Positions 21,057 to 32,671 of a DNA stretch of 64,000 nt are shown one piece after another. Origin of the DNA: Escherichia coli 042. Lineage in GTDB: Bacteria > Pseudomonadota > Gammaproteobacteria > Enterobacterales > Enterobacteriaceae. The notes under the pieces are model-generated. The model made no database searches, was not told the DNA's origin, and saw only the letters and a list, made by a program, of their open reading frames with translations. How positions within the stretch are numbered: position 1 is the stretch's first letter; each line of letters opens with the position of its first letter. The position numbers and the translations under genes were made by a program. Location of the stretch: the NCBI RefSeq assembly GCF_000027125.1, contig NC_017626.1; one strand, 5' to 3'.

Positions 21057-21530
21057 ATGGGCAGGATAAGCTCGGGAGGAATGATGTTTAAGGCAATAAC
21101 GACAGTCGCCGCTCTGGTCATCGCCACCAGTGCAATGGCGCAGGATGATTTAACCATTAGCAGCCTTGCAAAGGGCGAAACCACCAAAGCTGCGTTTAAT
21201 CAGATGGTGCAAGGGCATAAGCTGCCTGCATGGGTGATGAAAGGCGGTACTTATACTCCCGCACAAACCGTAACGTTGGGAGATGAGACGTATCAGGTGA
21301 TGAGCGCGTGCAAACCGCATGACTGTGGCTCGCAACGTATCGCTGTGATGTGGTCCGAGAAATCTAATCAGATGACGGGGCTGTTCTCGACTATTGATGA
21401 GAAAACGTCGCAAGAGAAACTCACCTGGTTGAATGTGAACGATGCGCTTTCGATTGATGGTAAAACGGTGCTGTTCGCGGCGTTGACCGGCAGCCTGGAA
21501 AACCATCCGGATGGTTTTAATTTTAAATAA
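21057..21530 (+). CDS. ivy: Inhibitor of vertebrate lysozyme Ivy
   Basis: 157-aa ORF with signal peptide and the CKPHDCG lysozyme-inhibitory loop. Confidence 0.9.
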   Translation: MGRISSGGMMFKAITTVAALVIATSAMAQDDLTISSLAKGETTKAAFNQMVQGHKLPAWVMKGGTYTPAQTVTLGDETYQVMSACKPHDCGSQRIAVMWSEKSNQMTGLFSTIDEKTSQEKLTWLNVNDALSIDGKTVLFAALTGSLENHPDGFNFK

Positions 21531-21544
21531 TTAGCGGATAAAGA

Positions 21545-21570
21545 AACGGAGCCTTTCGGCTCCGTTATTC
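21545..21570. terminator. Bidirectional hairpin terminator between convergent ivy and fadE
   Basis: AACGGAGCC TTTC GGCTCCGTT stem-loop flanked by A/T-rich tracts. Confidence 0.6.
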
Positions 21571-21572
21571 AA

Positions 21573-24017
21573 TTACGCGGCTTCAACTTTTCGCACTTTC
21601 TCCGGCAACTTTACCGGCTTCGTCGCAAGCTCTTCCGGATCAAAGTCATCGACATTAATACTGCGCAGACGGCTTTCTTCAGCTTTCACAAGAATAGCGG
21701 CTTCATCTTTATCAATCAGCCCCTTCGCCAGCGCGTTATGCGCCAGTTCATCCAGACGGGTAAACGGCAGGTTTTTACCCAGCTCTTTACAGATCCGCTG
21801 ATGAATTGGGTCGGCGGCAATCACATCCACCAGCGCCTCTTCCAGTAAACCAACCGGGTTATGCTCGCTCGGGGTCAGGTACTGACCGCGACCAATACGT
21901 GAACGGGTGGCGTTCGGCACTTGTAAAATCTTCGCCACCTTATGATCCAGCTTGTCAGACGGTGCCAGATAATGACGTCCGGTCGGGAAGATCACCACAT
22001 TCAGCAGCCCGGCAACCACGCGGTTCGGGAAGTTTTGCAGTAAATCGTCCATCGCCTGCTCTGCCTGATACAGCGCATCCTGTACGCCCCAGTGCACCAG
22101 CGGCAGGTCGGCTTCATTACGGCCTTCGTCGTCATAACGCTTCAGAACGGCAGAGGCGAGGTAAAGCTGGCTTAAAATATCCCCCAGACGTGCCGAGATA
22201 CGCTCGCGACGTTTCAAGCTGCCGCCCAGCACAGCCATCGAGACATCAGAAAGCAGGGCGAGGTTGGCGCTCAGGCGGTTCAGGTGCTGATAGTAGCGTT
22301 TAGTGGCATCGCCGGTTGGCGTGCTGCTGGTTAAACCGCGCGTCAGGCCCAGCCAGAAGCTGCGAACTTTGTTGCTACCGACGTGACCGATATGTTTGAA
22401 CAGCAGTTTATCGAACGCGTTTACGTCATTGTTCTTCGCCGCTTCCATCTCTTCCAGCACGTACGGATGGCAACGAATCGCCCCCTGACCGAAGATCATC
22501 ATGCTACGGGTCAGAATGTTGGCCCCTTCAACGGTGATGGCAATCGGTGCGCCCTGGTAAGCACGGGCCAGGAAGTTGCTCTGCCCGAGCATAATGCCTT
22601 TGCCACCAGTGATATCCATCGCATCAATAATCGACTGCTGCCCACGGTGGGTACAGTGATACTTAACGATAGCCGACAGCACGGCAGGTTTTTCACCGAG
22701 CATAATGCCGTAGGTAATCAGCGATGCCGCAGCATCCATTACATAAGCGTTTCCGGCAATACGCGCCAGCGGCTCTTCAATCCCTTCCATCTTACCAATA
22801 GAGATTTTGAACTGACGGCGGATGTGCGCATACGCACCCGTTGCCAGCGCTACCGATTTCACGCCGCCGGTTGAGTTGGAAGGCAGGGTGATACCGCGGC
22901 CTACCGAGAGGCACTCCACCAGCATCCGCCAGCCTTGTCCGGCCATTTTCGGCCCGCCGATAATGTAATCGATCGGTACGAAGACATCTTTACCGCGCGT
23001 CGGTCCGTTCTGGAACGGCACGTTCAGCGGGAAGTGGCGACGACCAATTTCCACGCCCGGCGTGGTGGTCGGGATCAGCGCACAGGTAATACCTAAATCT
23101 TCTGCGCCACCCAGCAGTTTTTCCGGGTCGGATAGTTTAAACGCCAGACCAAGCACGGTCGCAATCGGTGCGAGCGTAATGTAACGTTTGTTCCAGGTCA
23201 GACGCATCCCCAGCACCTGCTGGCCCTGCCATTCCCCCATGCAGACAATTCCGGTATCCGGAATCGCGCCCGCATCGGAACCCGCTTCCGGGCTGGTCAG
23301 TGCAAAGCAAGGGATTTCCTGACCACGCGCCAGACGCGGCAGATAGTGATCTTTCTGCTCGTCAGTGCCGTAATGTTGCAGTAGCTCACCCGGGCCTAAT
23401 GAGTTTGGCACACCGACGGTAATCGCCAGGATCCCGCTCACGCCGGAGAGTTTTTGCAGCACGCGAGACTGGGCATAAGCCGAGAACTCCAGCCCGCCGT
23501 ACTCTTTTTTGATGATCATCGCGAAGAAACGATGCTCTTTAAGGTACGCCCACAACTCCGGCGGCAGATCCGCCAGCTCATGAGTAATCTGGAAATCATT
23601 CGCCATCCGGCAGGCTTCTTCTACCGGGCCGTCGAGAAACGCTTGCTCTTCTGCGGTCAGGCGCGGCTGCGGATAGTTATGCAGCTTTTTCCAGTCCGGC
23701 TTGCCCTGGAACAAGTCGCCCTCCCACCAGGTGGTGCCCGCATCAATCGCTTCTTTCTCAGTGCGCGACATCGGCGGCATTACCTTACGGAAACCGCGAA
23801 ATACCGGCGCGGAAATCATCGACTTACGCATAGGCGCAAAGTTAAATGGCACGAGGATAATGGCCAGAGGCACCAGTACCCACGCCGACCACAGACCAGC
23901 AACGCCGAGGGCGGCTGTCCAGGCGAGCAAAATCAGACTGCTGATAAATAAGCTCACGCGGTGATAGAACAACGCGCCGAGCAGGACAACCGTAGCGAGA
24001 ATACTCAAAATCATCAT
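21573..24017 (-). CDS. fadE: Acyl-CoA dehydrogenase FadE
   Basis: Recognised FadE; start placed at [13 protein letters not shown] (814 aa) rather than the longer track ORF. Confidence 0.95.
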   Translation of the reverse strand: MMILSILATVVLLGALFYHRVSLFISSLILLAWTAALGVAGLWSAWVLVPLAIILVPFNFAPMRKSMISAPVFRGFRKVMPPMSRTEKEAIDAGTTWWEGDLFQGKPDWKKLHNYPQPRLTAEEQAFLDGPVEEACRMANDFQITHELADLPPELWAYLKEHRFFAMIIKKEYGGLEFSAYAQSRVLQKLSGVSGILAITVGVPNSLGPGELLQHYGTDEQKDHYLPRLARGQEIPCFALTSPEAGSDAGAIPDTGIVCMGEWQGQQVLGMRLTWNKRYITLAPIATVLGLAFKLSDPEKLLGGAEDLGITCALIPTTTPGVEIGRRHFPLNVPFQNGPTRGKDVFVPIDYIIGGPKMAGQGWRMLVECLSVGRGITLPSNSTGGVKSVALATGAYAHIRRQFKISIGKMEGIEEPLARIAGNAYVMDAAASLITYGIMLGEKPAVLSAIVKYHCTHRGQQSIIDAMDITGGKGIMLGQSNFLARAYQGAPIAITVEGANILTRSMMIFGQGAIRCHPYVLEEMEAAKNNDVNAFDKLLFKHIGHVGSNKVRSFWLGLTRGLTSSTPTGDATKRYYQHLNRLSANLALLSDVSMAVLGGSLKRRERISARLGDILSQLYLASAVLKRYDDEGRNEADLPLVHWGVQDALYQAEQAMDDLLQNFPNRVVAGLLNVVIFPTGRHYLAPSDKLDHKVAKILQVPNATRSRIGRGQYLTPSEHNPVGLLEEALVDVIAADPIHQRICKELGKNLPFTRLDELAHNALAKGLIDKDEAAILVKAEESRLRSINVDDFDPEELATKPVKLPEKVRKVEAA

Positions 24018-24256
24018 AACGAAAAGCCCCTTACTTGTAGGAGGTCTGACCACTTGTGATGATATGGTTGTAGTGGATGTAAAAACATTTAGCAATGTGT
24101 TTACAATATAATTACAACAAAGCTCACATTGTTGCTGTTTTTATCCGCACTTCAGGTCAAAAAGTCCTGGTCATAGCACCTGCCCGTACTTCTCGCTTTT
24201 GGCGGTATCCGGTACACTGCATTTTGTCTATTACATTTATGCTGAAGGATATCCTC

Positions 24257-24835
24257 ATGTACCAGGATCTTATTCGTAACGAACTGAACGAAGCGGCGGA
24301 AACGCTGGCTAACTTTTTAAAAGATGACGCCAATATTCACGCCATTCAGCGCGCGGCGGTCCTGTTAGCAGACAGCTTTAAAGCTGGTGGCAAAGTGCTT
24401 TCCTGCGGCAACGGCGGCTCCCATTGCGACGCTATGCACTTTGCCGAAGAGTTGACCGGTCGCTACCGTGAAAACCGTCCGGGCTACCCGGCGATTGCCA
24501 TTTCCGACGTTAGTCATATTTCCTGCGTCGGTAACGATTTTGGTTTCAATGATATTTTCTCCCGTTACGTTGAAGCGGTAGGTCGCGAAGGCGATGTACT
24601 GCTGGGGATCTCCACCTCAGGTAACTCTGCAAACGTGATCAAAGCGATCGCGGCGGCGCGTGAGAAGGGGATGAAAGTGATCACCCTGACCGGTAAAGAC
24701 GGCGGTAAAATGGCTGGCACAGCGGATATCGAAATTCGCGTACCGCACTTTGGTTATGCCGACCGCATTCAGGAGATCCACATTAAAGTGATCCATATCC
24801 TGATCCAGTTAATTGAAAAAGAGATGGTTAAGTAA
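24257..24835 (+). CDS. gmhA: Phosphoheptose isomerase GmhA
   Basis: 192-aa [17 protein letters not shown]... SIS-domain protein recognised as GmhA/LpcA; start at the internal Met of the track ORF. Confidence 0.95.
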
Positions 24836-24841
24836 GTCTGG

Positions 24842-24980
<139 letters not shown>

Positions 24981-25040
24981 AAAATACTTAAATCAATCTT
25001 CGCCGGGGGCCATGCGCTCCCGCTGTTGTGGAGGTTACCC

Positions 25041-25808
25041 ATGTGCGAATTGCTCGGGATGAGCGCCAACGTCCCTACCGATATCTGCTTTAGTTTCACC
25101 GGGCTTGTACAGCGTGGTGGTGGAACCGGGCCACATAAAGATGGCTGGGGCATCACCTTTTACGAAGGTAAAGGCTGTCGCACATTTAAAGATCCACAAC
25201 CCAGCTTTAATTCCCCCATCGCCAAACTTGTCCAGGACTACCCGATAAAATCCTGTTCGGTTGTGGCTCATATTCGGCAGGCCAATCGGGGCGAGGTGGC
25301 GCTGGAAAATACTCACCCGTTTACCCGCGAGTTATGGGGACGCAACTGGACTTATGCCCATAACGGGCAACTGACGGGCTACAAATCACTGGAAACCGGC
25401 AACTTCCGCCCGGTCGGTGAAACCGATAGCGAAAAAGCCTTTTGCTGGCTCCTGCATAAATTAACGCAGCGTTACCCGCGCACACCGGGCAACATGGCGG
25501 CAGTGTTTAAATATATCGCCTCACTGGCGGATGAACTGCGGCAGAAGGGCGTTTTCAACATGCTGCTTTCAGACGGGCGCTATGTAATGGCGTATTGCTC
25601 GACTAATTTACACTGGATCACCCGCCGCGCGCCGTTTGGCGTGGCAACGTTGCTGGATCAGGATGTGGAAATCGACTTCAGCTCGCAGACCACACCTAAT
25701 GATGTGGTCACGGTGATTGCGACACAGCCGCTGACGGGCAATGAAACCTGGCAAAAGATTATGCCAGGCGAATGGCGCTTATTTTGCCTCGGGGAGCGTG
25801 TAGTTTGA
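25041..25808 (+). CDS. yafJ: Class II glutamine amidotransferase-like protein YafJ
   Basis: Starts [19 protein letters not shown], the N-terminal Cys nucleophile type; recognised as YafJ. Confidence 0.9.
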   Translation: MCELLGMSANVPTDICFSFTGLVQRGGGTGPHKDGWGITFYEGKGCRTFKDPQPSFNSPIAKLVQDYPIKSCSVVAHIRQANRGEVALENTHPFTRELWGRNWTYAHNGQLTGYKSLETGNFRPVGETDSEKAFCWLLHKLTQRYPRTPGNMAAVFKYIASLADELRQKGVFNMLLSDGRYVMAYCSTNLHWITRRAPFGVATLLDQDVEIDFSSQTTPNDVVTVIATQPLTGNETWQKIMPGEWRLFCLGERVV

Positions 25809-26519
25809 TGCCAGCTGTGGTTGCACAACTTCGTGGCTTAACGGCTTGCTGACCACGTAACGGCCATTGACCACAGAAACGGTCGGTGGCTTACGGGTTT
25901 GCTCAAAGTAGTCGTAGCCCGGTTTCAGTTGCTCCCAGAAGTCCTTAAAGTTGGAATACTTATGGCGCTTCATATTAGCGTCGGTCATACGGAACGGGTA
26001 AATACTCACTTGCACGCTCGGCTGACCAAACACCAGCGCACCAGTAACGAACTGGAAGATCTCATCAATACCCTGATTGGTCATCGCGTAGCAGCCGATG
26101 GAAACACAATCGCCGTGGATCATCAGGTATTTCCCTTCATAACCATGCGCACGGTCATAGGCATTGGGGAATCCAATATTAATCGCTTTGTAGTAACGGC
26201 TGTCTGGTTTTAACTGATTACGCTGGACGCTATAAAACCCTTCCGGGCTTTTGAAATCGCCCTGACGCTGTTTTGGTCCTAAGCCGCCGGAATATTTACA
26301 GATTTTATAGCTGTCGAGCAGTTGATATTGCTCGCCCATTTTGACGTAGAGATCGAGCGTACGTTCTTCCTTGAAGATCTGGATGTAGACAGGGGATCCC
26401 ATCAACTGCTGCTTATACTCTTTGCTCACTGGCGTGGTCGAGCTACTGCTGCCCAGCAAACCGGCAAACGAAACGCACGGGATCAACAACATCGCAAGAA
26501 TTAATGCGATTTTACGCAT
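25779..26519 (-). CDS. yafK: L,D-transpeptidase-family periplasmic protein YafK
   Basis: 246-aa ORF with signal peptide; recognised as YafK. Confidence 0.9.
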   Translation of the reverse strand: MRKIALILAMLLIPCVSFAGLLGSSSSTTPVSKEYKQQLMGSPVYIQIFKEERTLDLYVKMGEQYQLLDSYKICKYSGGLGPKQRQGDFKSPEGFYSVQRNQLKPDSRYYKAINIGFPNAYDRAHGYEGKYLMIHGDCVSIGCYAMTNQGIDEIFQFVTGALVFGQPSVQVSIYPFRMTDANMKRHKYSNFKDFWEQLKPGYDYFEQTRKPPTVSVVNGRYVVSKPLSHEVVQPQLASNYTLPEAK

Positions 26520-26810
26520 ACTGCTTATTCCTTGATAAAACGGTTACACACGCCAGGACGGCAAAATGGATCCCAAATCGGAATAGTCTGGATTTGGAAG
26601 GCTCACATTATCACCAAAAGAGTTTTACGCAAGCCTGTCGGCGCAGGGTTTACAAATTTAGCACAGGGGCAGTTTTCATTAGTCCGAAAAGCGCATGTAT
26701 CATTTATTTCCTAAGATTATGAAACCTCAATAGTAATATGCAAATAAGCAATTAATAATCCCGTTTACTCCTCCGGTCTTTTAAAATTCTCCCCTTCATT
26801 CAGCCGGTTT

Positions 26811-27569
26811 ATGTCCTTCATGTCTTCGTTCTTTCACGGCAGATTTCTGCATCCAGGCGTGTTTTCGTTATGCGTTTTGCTCCCTTTACTCGCCAGCGCC
26901 ACCACATCACATATCTCTTTCAGCTACGCCGCCCGCCAGCGGATGCAAAACCGTGCGCGTTTATTAAAACAGTACCAAACCCATCTGAAAAAACAGGCCA
27001 GCTATATTGTGGAAGGCAATGCCGAAAGCAGAAAGGCGCTGCGCCAGCACAACCGCGAACAGATAAAACAGCATCCAGAATGGTTTCCTGCGCCGCTCAA
27101 GGCGAGTGACAGACGCTGGCAGGCGCTGGCGGAGAACAACCATTTCTTAAGCAGCGACCATCTGCACAACATCACCGAAGTGGCGATTCACCGCCTGGAG
27201 CAGCAGCTTGGTAAGCCTTACGTCTGGGGCGGCACGCGGCCCGATCAAGGCTTCGACTGTAGCGGGTTGGTTTTTTATGCCTACAACAAGATCCTCGAGG
27301 CGAAGCTCCCGCGCACGGCCAATGAGATGTATCACTACCATCGGGCAACGATTGTGGCGAATAACGACCTGCGCCGGGGAGATTTGCTGTTTTTCCATAT
27401 TCACAGCCGTGAGATTGCCGATCATATGGGCGTGTATCTGGGAGACGGTCAGTTTATCGAGTCGCCGCGCACCGGGGAAACCATTCGGGTAAGTCGGTTA
27501 GCTGAACCTTTCTGGCAGGATCATTTTTTAGGCGCGCGCAGGATTTTGACGGAAGAGACGATTTTGTAG
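26811..27569 (+). CDS. yafL: NlpC/P60-family peptidoglycan peptidase lipoprotein YafL
   Basis: 252-aa ORF with the NlpC/P60 catalytic Cys context (GFDCSGLVFYAY) and His (HMGVYLGDGQFIESP). Confidence 0.85.
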   Translation: MSFMSSFFHGRFLHPGVFSLCVLLPLLASATTSHISFSYAARQRMQNRARLLKQYQTHLKKQASYIVEGNAESRKALRQHNREQIKQHPEWFPAPLKASDRRWQALAENNHFLSSDHLHNITEVAIHRLEQQLGKPYVWGGTRPDQGFDCSGLVFYAYNKILEAKLPRTANEMYHYHRATIVANNDLRRGDLLFFHIHSREIADHMGVYLGDGQFIESPRTGETIRVSRLAEPFWQDHFLGARRILTEETIL

Positions 27570-27655
27570 GACGGATAAGGCGTTCACGCCGCATCCGGCA
27601 ATAGTGCACCGATGCCTGATGCGACGCTGCCGCGTCTTATCATGCCTACGAGTCT
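27568..27655. repeat. REP elements
   Basis: GGATAAGGCGTTCACGCCGCATCCGGCA ... TGCCTGATGCGACGCTGCCGCGTCTTATCATGCCTAC. Confidence 0.8.
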
Positions 27656-27745
27656 GCGAATTTTTTGCGAGCTGCTTTCCCGATATAACACAACTTCATT
27701 GTCGACTTTTCCTTTTCTTCTTATCGTTGAGAAAAAGGAGTCGCC

Positions 27746-28243
27746 ATGTCTGAATATCGTCGTTATTACATCAAGGGGGGAACATGGTTTTTCACGGTAC
27801 ATTTACGGAATCGTCGAAGCCAACTTTTGACCACCCAGTACCAGACACTCCGTAACGCCATTATTAAAGTTAAGCAGGCCAGACCTTTTGAAATTAACGC
27901 CTGGGTAGTTTTGCCAGAGCATATGCACTGTATCTGGACATTACCCGAAAGTGATGATGATTTTTCCTCTCGCTGGCGGGAGATTAAAAAGCAGTTCACC
28001 CATGCTTGCGGATTGAAAAATATCTGGCAACCGCGTTTTTGGGAGCATGCCATTCGCAATACAAAAGATTATCGCCATCATGTTGATTATATTTATATAA
28101 ATCCAGTGAAACATGGCTGGGTAAAGCAGGTGAGTGATTGGCCATTCTCAACGTTCCATCGCGATGTAGCGCGAGGGTTATATCCCATTGATTGGGCGGG
28201 AGACATAACGGATTTTAGTGCCGGGGAGCGTATTATTTTATAA
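27746..28243 (+). CDS. rayT: REP-associated tyrosine transposase RayT (TnpA-REP, YafM)
   Basis: 165-aa ORF with the IS200/IS605-like HxH region (LPEHMHCIW) and catalytic Tyr region; recognised as rayT. Confidence 0.9.
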   Translation: MSEYRRYYIKGGTWFFTVHLRNRRSQLLTTQYQTLRNAIIKVKQARPFEINAWVVLPEHMHCIWTLPESDDDFSSRWREIKKQFTHACGLKNIWQPRFWEHAIRNTKDYRHHVDYIYINPVKHGWVKQVSDWPFSTFHRDVARGLYPIDWAGDITDFSAGERIIL

Positions 28244-28247
28244 TTGT

Positions 28248-28665
28248 GCGCGGATGCCTGATGCGACGCAGGCGCGTCTTATCATGCCTACAAACTTGTG
28301 CCGGATCGGTGGGCCGGATAAGGCGTTCACACCGCATCCGGCAATTGTGCACCGGTGCCTGATGCGACGCTGGCGCGTCTTATCATGCCTACAAACCTGT
28401 GCCGGATCGGTGGGCCGGATAAGGCGTTCACACCGCATCCGGTAATTGTGCACCGGTGCCTGATGCGACGCTGGCGCGTCTTATCATGCCTACAAACCTG
28501 TGCCGGATCGGTGGGCTGGATAAGGCGTTCACACCGCATCCGGCAATTGTGCGCAGATGCCTGATGCGACGCTGACGCGTCTTATCATGCCTACAAACTT
28601 GTGCCGGATCGGTAGGCCGGATAAGGCGTTCACGCCGCATCCGGCAATTGTGCACCGATGCCGGA
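28248..28665. repeat. BIME/REP array (about four ~100-bp units) directly downstream of rayT
   Basis: Unit TGCCTGATGCGACGCTGGCGCGTCTTATCATGCCTACAAACCTGTGCCGGATCGGTGGGCCGGATAAGGCGTTCACACCGCATCCGG repeats with about 100-bp period. Confidence 0.85.
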
Positions 28666-28681
28666 TTCGCCCCAAAGGCCA

Positions 28682-30775
28682 TCAACTCAACGCCCCCATA
28701 ATCTTCAACTCCAGCTCATCCGGCACTTCGTTATACGACAGCACATGCAGACCCGGCGCAAACAACCTTGCATAACGCGCCAGCAAAGGACGCAGCTGCG
28801 GCGGCACCAGCAGCACAGGGGCTTTCCCCGCTGCTTTCATCTGCTCCTTCACCTGCGGCATCGTACTCTGGAACTGGTTGAGCATATTCGGGTCAACCGG
28901 CACGCTGTCGAGCATCACTTTGCCGGCCTGTTGCGCCTGATTCACCACATTGGTCAGCAGATTTTCCAGCTCATTATTCAGCGTATACACCGTCAGCTCC
29001 TGTTTGCGAACGAACGGATGGGTAATGCTGCGCCGCAGCGCCAGGCGCACATCGGCCGCCAGCAGAATATGATCTTTGGTCAATGTGCTACTGGCGACCA
29101 GCACAGTGGCGATGGTGACGATATCGCGCAGGGAAACGCCTTCGGTCAGTAATGCACGGTACACTTTCAGCAACTGGCTGTAATTGAGCGCTGCGCTCAA
29201 ATCTTCCGCCAGTCGCGGTGCCATCGACGACAAACGATTATGCAACTGCGTAATATCGTCATAGTTAAATAAATCAGGAATATAGCTGCGCACAATCTTA
29301 TTCACATGGGTGGCAATCACGCTGGCGCTGTCGATCACCTGATACCCCATATTCAGCGCCTTCGCTTTCTGCGCGGGCTGGATCCAGGTCACCGGCATCC
29401 CGTACGCCGGGTCGTTCCCCAGCACGCCGTCAATCTCGCCGTAGGTTTCGCTGGAGGGCAGGGCCATCAGTTTATCCGCCGGAATATCCGCTTCATCAGC
29501 CTTAATGCCATTGATGAAAATGGCGTACTGGCTGGGCTTGAGGCGGAAGTTTTCCCGAATACGGATCTCCGGCAGCAGCACGCCGTTGCCGTCGGAAATC
29601 ACCTGCCGCACGCCGCGAATCCGCTGGGTGAGCGGGTTACCTTGGGCTTTATCGACTAGCGCCACCAGCTTGTAGCCGAGGCTTAAGCTGATGGGCTCGA
29701 TCAGCGGAATGGTTTCCCAACTGACCTGTTGCTCGCTGGTTTCGGTGATGGTTCGGGTCAGCGTTTCGAGGCTTTTCTCCTCCGCCTCCGCCGCCTGCGG
29801 GCGTTTGCTCATCCGCCAGCCGGTAAAGCCAAGCAGGGCGCTGAACAGCAAAAATGGCAGATGCGGCATCCCCGGCACCACCGCCAGCACAAACATGATC
29901 CCGGTGGCGGTGTAGAGCACCGACGGGCTTGCCAGCAGCTGGTGGCGCACGTCATGGGCGATATCGCCGTTGTCGCTGACGCGGGTGACGATAATTGCCG
30001 CTGCGGTGGAGAGCAGCAGGGACGGGATCTGCGCCACCAGCCCGTCGCCGATGGTCATCAGCACATACTGCTGGAAGGCGGCGTCGGCGCTCAGGTTGTA
30101 TTTGAAGATGCCGATACAGACGCCGCCGATCAGGTTGATCGCCAGAATCATCATCCCGGCGATGGCGTCCCCGCGCACAAACTTCGATGCCCCGTCCATC
30201 GCGCCGTAGAAATCGGCCTCGCTGGCAACATCTTTACGCCGGGTTTGCGCCTGCGCCTGGTTGATCAACCCAGCGTTAAGATCGGCGTCAATCGCCATCT
30301 GTTTACCGGGCATCGCGTCTAAGGTAAAGCGGGCAGAAACCTCGGAAATACGCTCGGCCCCTTTGGTGACGACGATAAAGTTGATGATCATCAGGATGAT
30401 AAACACCACAAAGCCGACGACAAAGTTGCCGCCAATCACCACCTGACCAAATGACTCAATTACCTTACCCGCCGCGCCCGCGCCGAGATGCCCGTGCAGC
30501 AACACCACGCGCGTAGAAGCAACGTTGAGCGTCAGGCGCATTAAGGTGGTGATCAGCAAAATGGTCGGGAACAGGCTGAATTCCAGCGGCCTTTTCGCTG
30601 ACACCGCCACCAGCAGTACCATCACCGCCAGCACAATGTTGAAGGTGAACAGAATATCCAGCAGCGCAGGCGGCAGCGGCAAAATAACCATCGCCAGAAT
30701 ACACAGGATCACCAGCGGCACGCCGAGATTGCCGCCGCGCAGTAGCGCGAGGAACGATTTAGTTGTTTTCGCCAT
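28682..30775 (-). CDS. lfhA: Lateral flagellar export apparatus protein FlhA homolog
   Basis: 697-aa full-length FlhA-family ORF. Confidence 0.95.
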   Translation of the reverse strand: MAKTTKSFLALLRGGNLGVPLVILCILAMVILPLPPALLDILFTFNIVLAVMVLLVAVSAKRPLEFSLFPTILLITTLMRLTLNVASTRVVLLHGHLGAGAAGKVIESFGQVVIGGNFVVGFVVFIILMIINFIVVTKGAERISEVSARFTLDAMPGKQMAIDADLNAGLINQAQAQTRRKDVASEADFYGAMDGASKFVRGDAIAGMMILAINLIGGVCIGIFKYNLSADAAFQQYVLMTIGDGLVAQIPSLLLSTAAAIIVTRVSDNGDIAHDVRHQLLASPSVLYTATGIMFVLAVVPGMPHLPFLLFSALLGFTGWRMSKRPQAAEAEEKSLETLTRTITETSEQQVSWETIPLIEPISLSLGYKLVALVDKAQGNPLTQRIRGVRQVISDGNGVLLPEIRIRENFRLKPSQYAIFINGIKADEADIPADKLMALPSSETYGEIDGVLGNDPAYGMPVTWIQPAQKAKALNMGYQVIDSASVIATHVNKIVRSYIPDLFNYDDITQLHNRLSSMAPRLAEDLSAALNYSQLLKVYRALLTEGVSLRDIVTIATVLVASSTLTKDHILLAADVRLALRRSITHPFVRKQELTVYTLNNELENLLTNVVNQAQQAGKVMLDSVPVDPNMLNQFQSTMPQVKEQMKAAGKAPVLLVPPQLRPLLARYARLFAPGLHVLSYNEVPDELELKIMGALS

Positions 30776-31898
30776 CCAGTTTAAGCACCTCTTTGGGAAT
30801 GGAAATATGTCTGTTCAGGGCCGGGCGCGGCTGTGCACCATCGCGCCAGTGTTTCATTTGCAGGACGTAGGTCAGAACGTGGGCGATAGCCCGGTAAAGC
30901 TGAAAAGGAATTTGCTGATTCACCTGAGTGGTGTAGTAAACCGAGCGCGCCAGCCGCGGGAACTCGACCACTTCCACCTGACTTTCAGCAGCGACCTGGC
31001 GAATATAGAGGGCGATTTCATCGGTGCCTTTCGCCACCACAAACGGCGCGGCGGCACGCGACTGGTCATACTGCAACGCCACGGCGTAGTGGGTCGGGTT
31101 GGTGATCACCACGTTGGCCTTTGGCACCACTTTGCGAATTTGCCCCATCGCCAGTTGCCGTTGCAGCCGCCGCACGCGCGCCTTCACTTCCGGCTTGCCT
31201 TCCTGATTTTTGTACTCTTCTTTCAGTTTTTGTTTGGTCATCTTCAGCCCTTTGGTGAACAGGGCTTTCGCCAGCGGCACGTCGAGAAGCGCAAAGAAAA
31301 TAAACAGGATGACAAAGTTGCGCATCACGCTGGCGTAGAGCGACAAACCGTCATTCATCGCCAGTTTGAACGGCAGCGCCTGCAGGCCGAGAAAGGCGGC
31401 AAAGTTATTGCGCAGGCTTACCCACAGCATCACCAGCACCACGGCAGACTTCACCGTCATCTTTCCCGTTTCCGCCAGATGTTCACTGGAAAACAGCCGC
31501 CTAATCCCTTTTAACGGACTGATTTTGCTGAAATCCGGGAGGATTTTTTTCGGCAGAAACAGCCAGCCGCCGGGCACCAGTGAGGAGAGCAGCGCGGCGG
31601 CGGGCATTGGCAGCAAGGTAAGAATAAACTTGCCGAGAATTAACAGGTGATGGCGCAGAAACTGGCCGATAGCGTCCGGGTTATTAATCTCCTGCGCGTA
31701 CTGATGCACGCTGATAAAACTCTCGCGCACAAAATCGGCATACCACGGGAAGCTGCTGGAGATCACCACAAACGCCGCAAACAGGCTCGCCGCCAGCCCC
31801 ATATCCTTCGAGCGCGGCAGTTGCCCCTCTTCACGCGCTTTACGCAGCTTTTGCGCCGAGGGTTTCTCTGTTTTTTCTTCGCTGCTGCTATCCGCCAT
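30759..31898 (-). CDS. lfhB: Lateral flagellar export switch protein FlhB homolog
   Basis: 379-aa FlhB-family ORF overlapping lfhA by 17 nt. Confidence 0.95.
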   Translation of the reverse strand: MADSSSEEKTEKPSAQKLRKAREEGQLPRSKDMGLAASLFAAFVVISSSFPWYADFVRESFISVHQYAQEINNPDAIGQFLRHHLLILGKFILTLLPMPAAALLSSLVPGGWLFLPKKILPDFSKISPLKGIRRLFSSEHLAETGKMTVKSAVVLVMLWVSLRNNFAAFLGLQALPFKLAMNDGLSLYASVMRNFVILFIFFALLDVPLAKALFTKGLKMTKQKLKEEYKNQEGKPEVKARVRRLQRQLAMGQIRKVVPKANVVITNPTHYAVALQYDQSRAAAPFVVAKGTDEIALYIRQVAAESQVEVVEFPRLARSVYYTTQVNQQIPFQLYRAIAHVLTYVLQMKHWRDGAQPRPALNRHISIPKEVLKLDGENN

Positions 31899-32670
31899 AG
31901 TGACCTTTCAGCGCGTCGAGTTGTTGCAGGACAAAATTCGCCAGATGCAGATAGTGATCCGGCAGGTTGTAAAGCAGGGTGGCAAAGCAGACCAGCCCCA
32001 CCAGCATGTTGATGGGAAAGCCGAGCGAAAAGAGGTTCAGCGGCGGCGCAATGCGGTTAAGCAGGCCAAAGCAGCCCTGCACAATCAGCATGATAAAAGT
32101 GGTCGGCAGCGCCAGCAGCGATGCGGACGCCAGCACCCAGCTAAAGGCCAGCGCGATGGTGCGCAGGGTTTGCGGATGCAGCGCGTTGCCGATCGGCCAG
32201 TAGGTGAAGCCCTTATACAAAACGCTCACCAGCAGCAGATGCCCGTCCATGGCAAAAAATAGCAGGATCGCATAGACGTTAATTAACTCCGCCAGCACGG
32301 TGGTCGATGCGCCGCTGCTCGGGTCGTTCATCACCGCCATGCTCATCCCCATATTGAACGAGAGAATTTGCCCGGCGAGTTGTAGCGCGAGAAACAGAAA
32401 CTGAAACATCAGCCCGAACAACATGCCCCATAAAATTTGCTCCACCGTCAGGATCAGGCTGTTGAGCGATAGCAAATCATGGGGAATGGGATGGGGGATC
32501 AACGGCGTGATGATGATCGCCAGCGCCAGCGACAAAATAATCCTCACACGAACGGTCAGGGCGCTGTTATCCAGCACCGGCACATAGCGCAGAAACGCCA
32601 TAATGCGCACGAAGGGGAACCACAGCCCCAGCGCCAGATCCATCAGTTGCGTAACGTCGCTTGTGCGCAT
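31888..32670 (-). CDS. lfiR: Lateral flagellar export protein FliR homolog
   Basis: Polytopic membrane ORF; start placed at MRTSDVTQLMDL overlapping the fliQ stop. Confidence 0.85.
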   Translation of the reverse strand: MRTSDVTQLMDLALGLWFPFVRIMAFLRYVPVLDNSALTVRVRIILSLALAIIITPLIPHPIPHDLLSLNSLILTVEQILWGMLFGLMFQFLFLALQLAGQILSFNMGMSMAVMNDPSSGASTTVLAELINVYAILLFFAMDGHLLLVSVLYKGFTYWPIGNALHPQTLRTIALAFSWVLASASLLALPTTFIMLIVQGCFGLLNRIAPPLNLFSLGFPINMLVGLVCFATLLYNLPDHYLHLANFVLQQLDALKGHYGG

Positions 32671-32671
32671 C

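Noticed and set aside
28248-28665. Regularly spaced ~100-bp repeats considered as a possible CRISPR array
   Set aside because: Units are REP palindromes with no unique spacers of constant length and no cas genes nearby.
28218-28775. Series of 69-85-aa ORFs on both strands (MPDATLARLIMPTNLCRIGGPDKAFTPHP...)
   Set aside because: They are translations of the tandem REP/BIME units; the repeated peptide reflects the DNA repeat, not a gene family.
29729-31514. Plus-strand ORFs of 197 and 329 aa
   Set aside because: Antisense to lfhA and lfhB; low-complexity His/Arg/Gly-rich translations.
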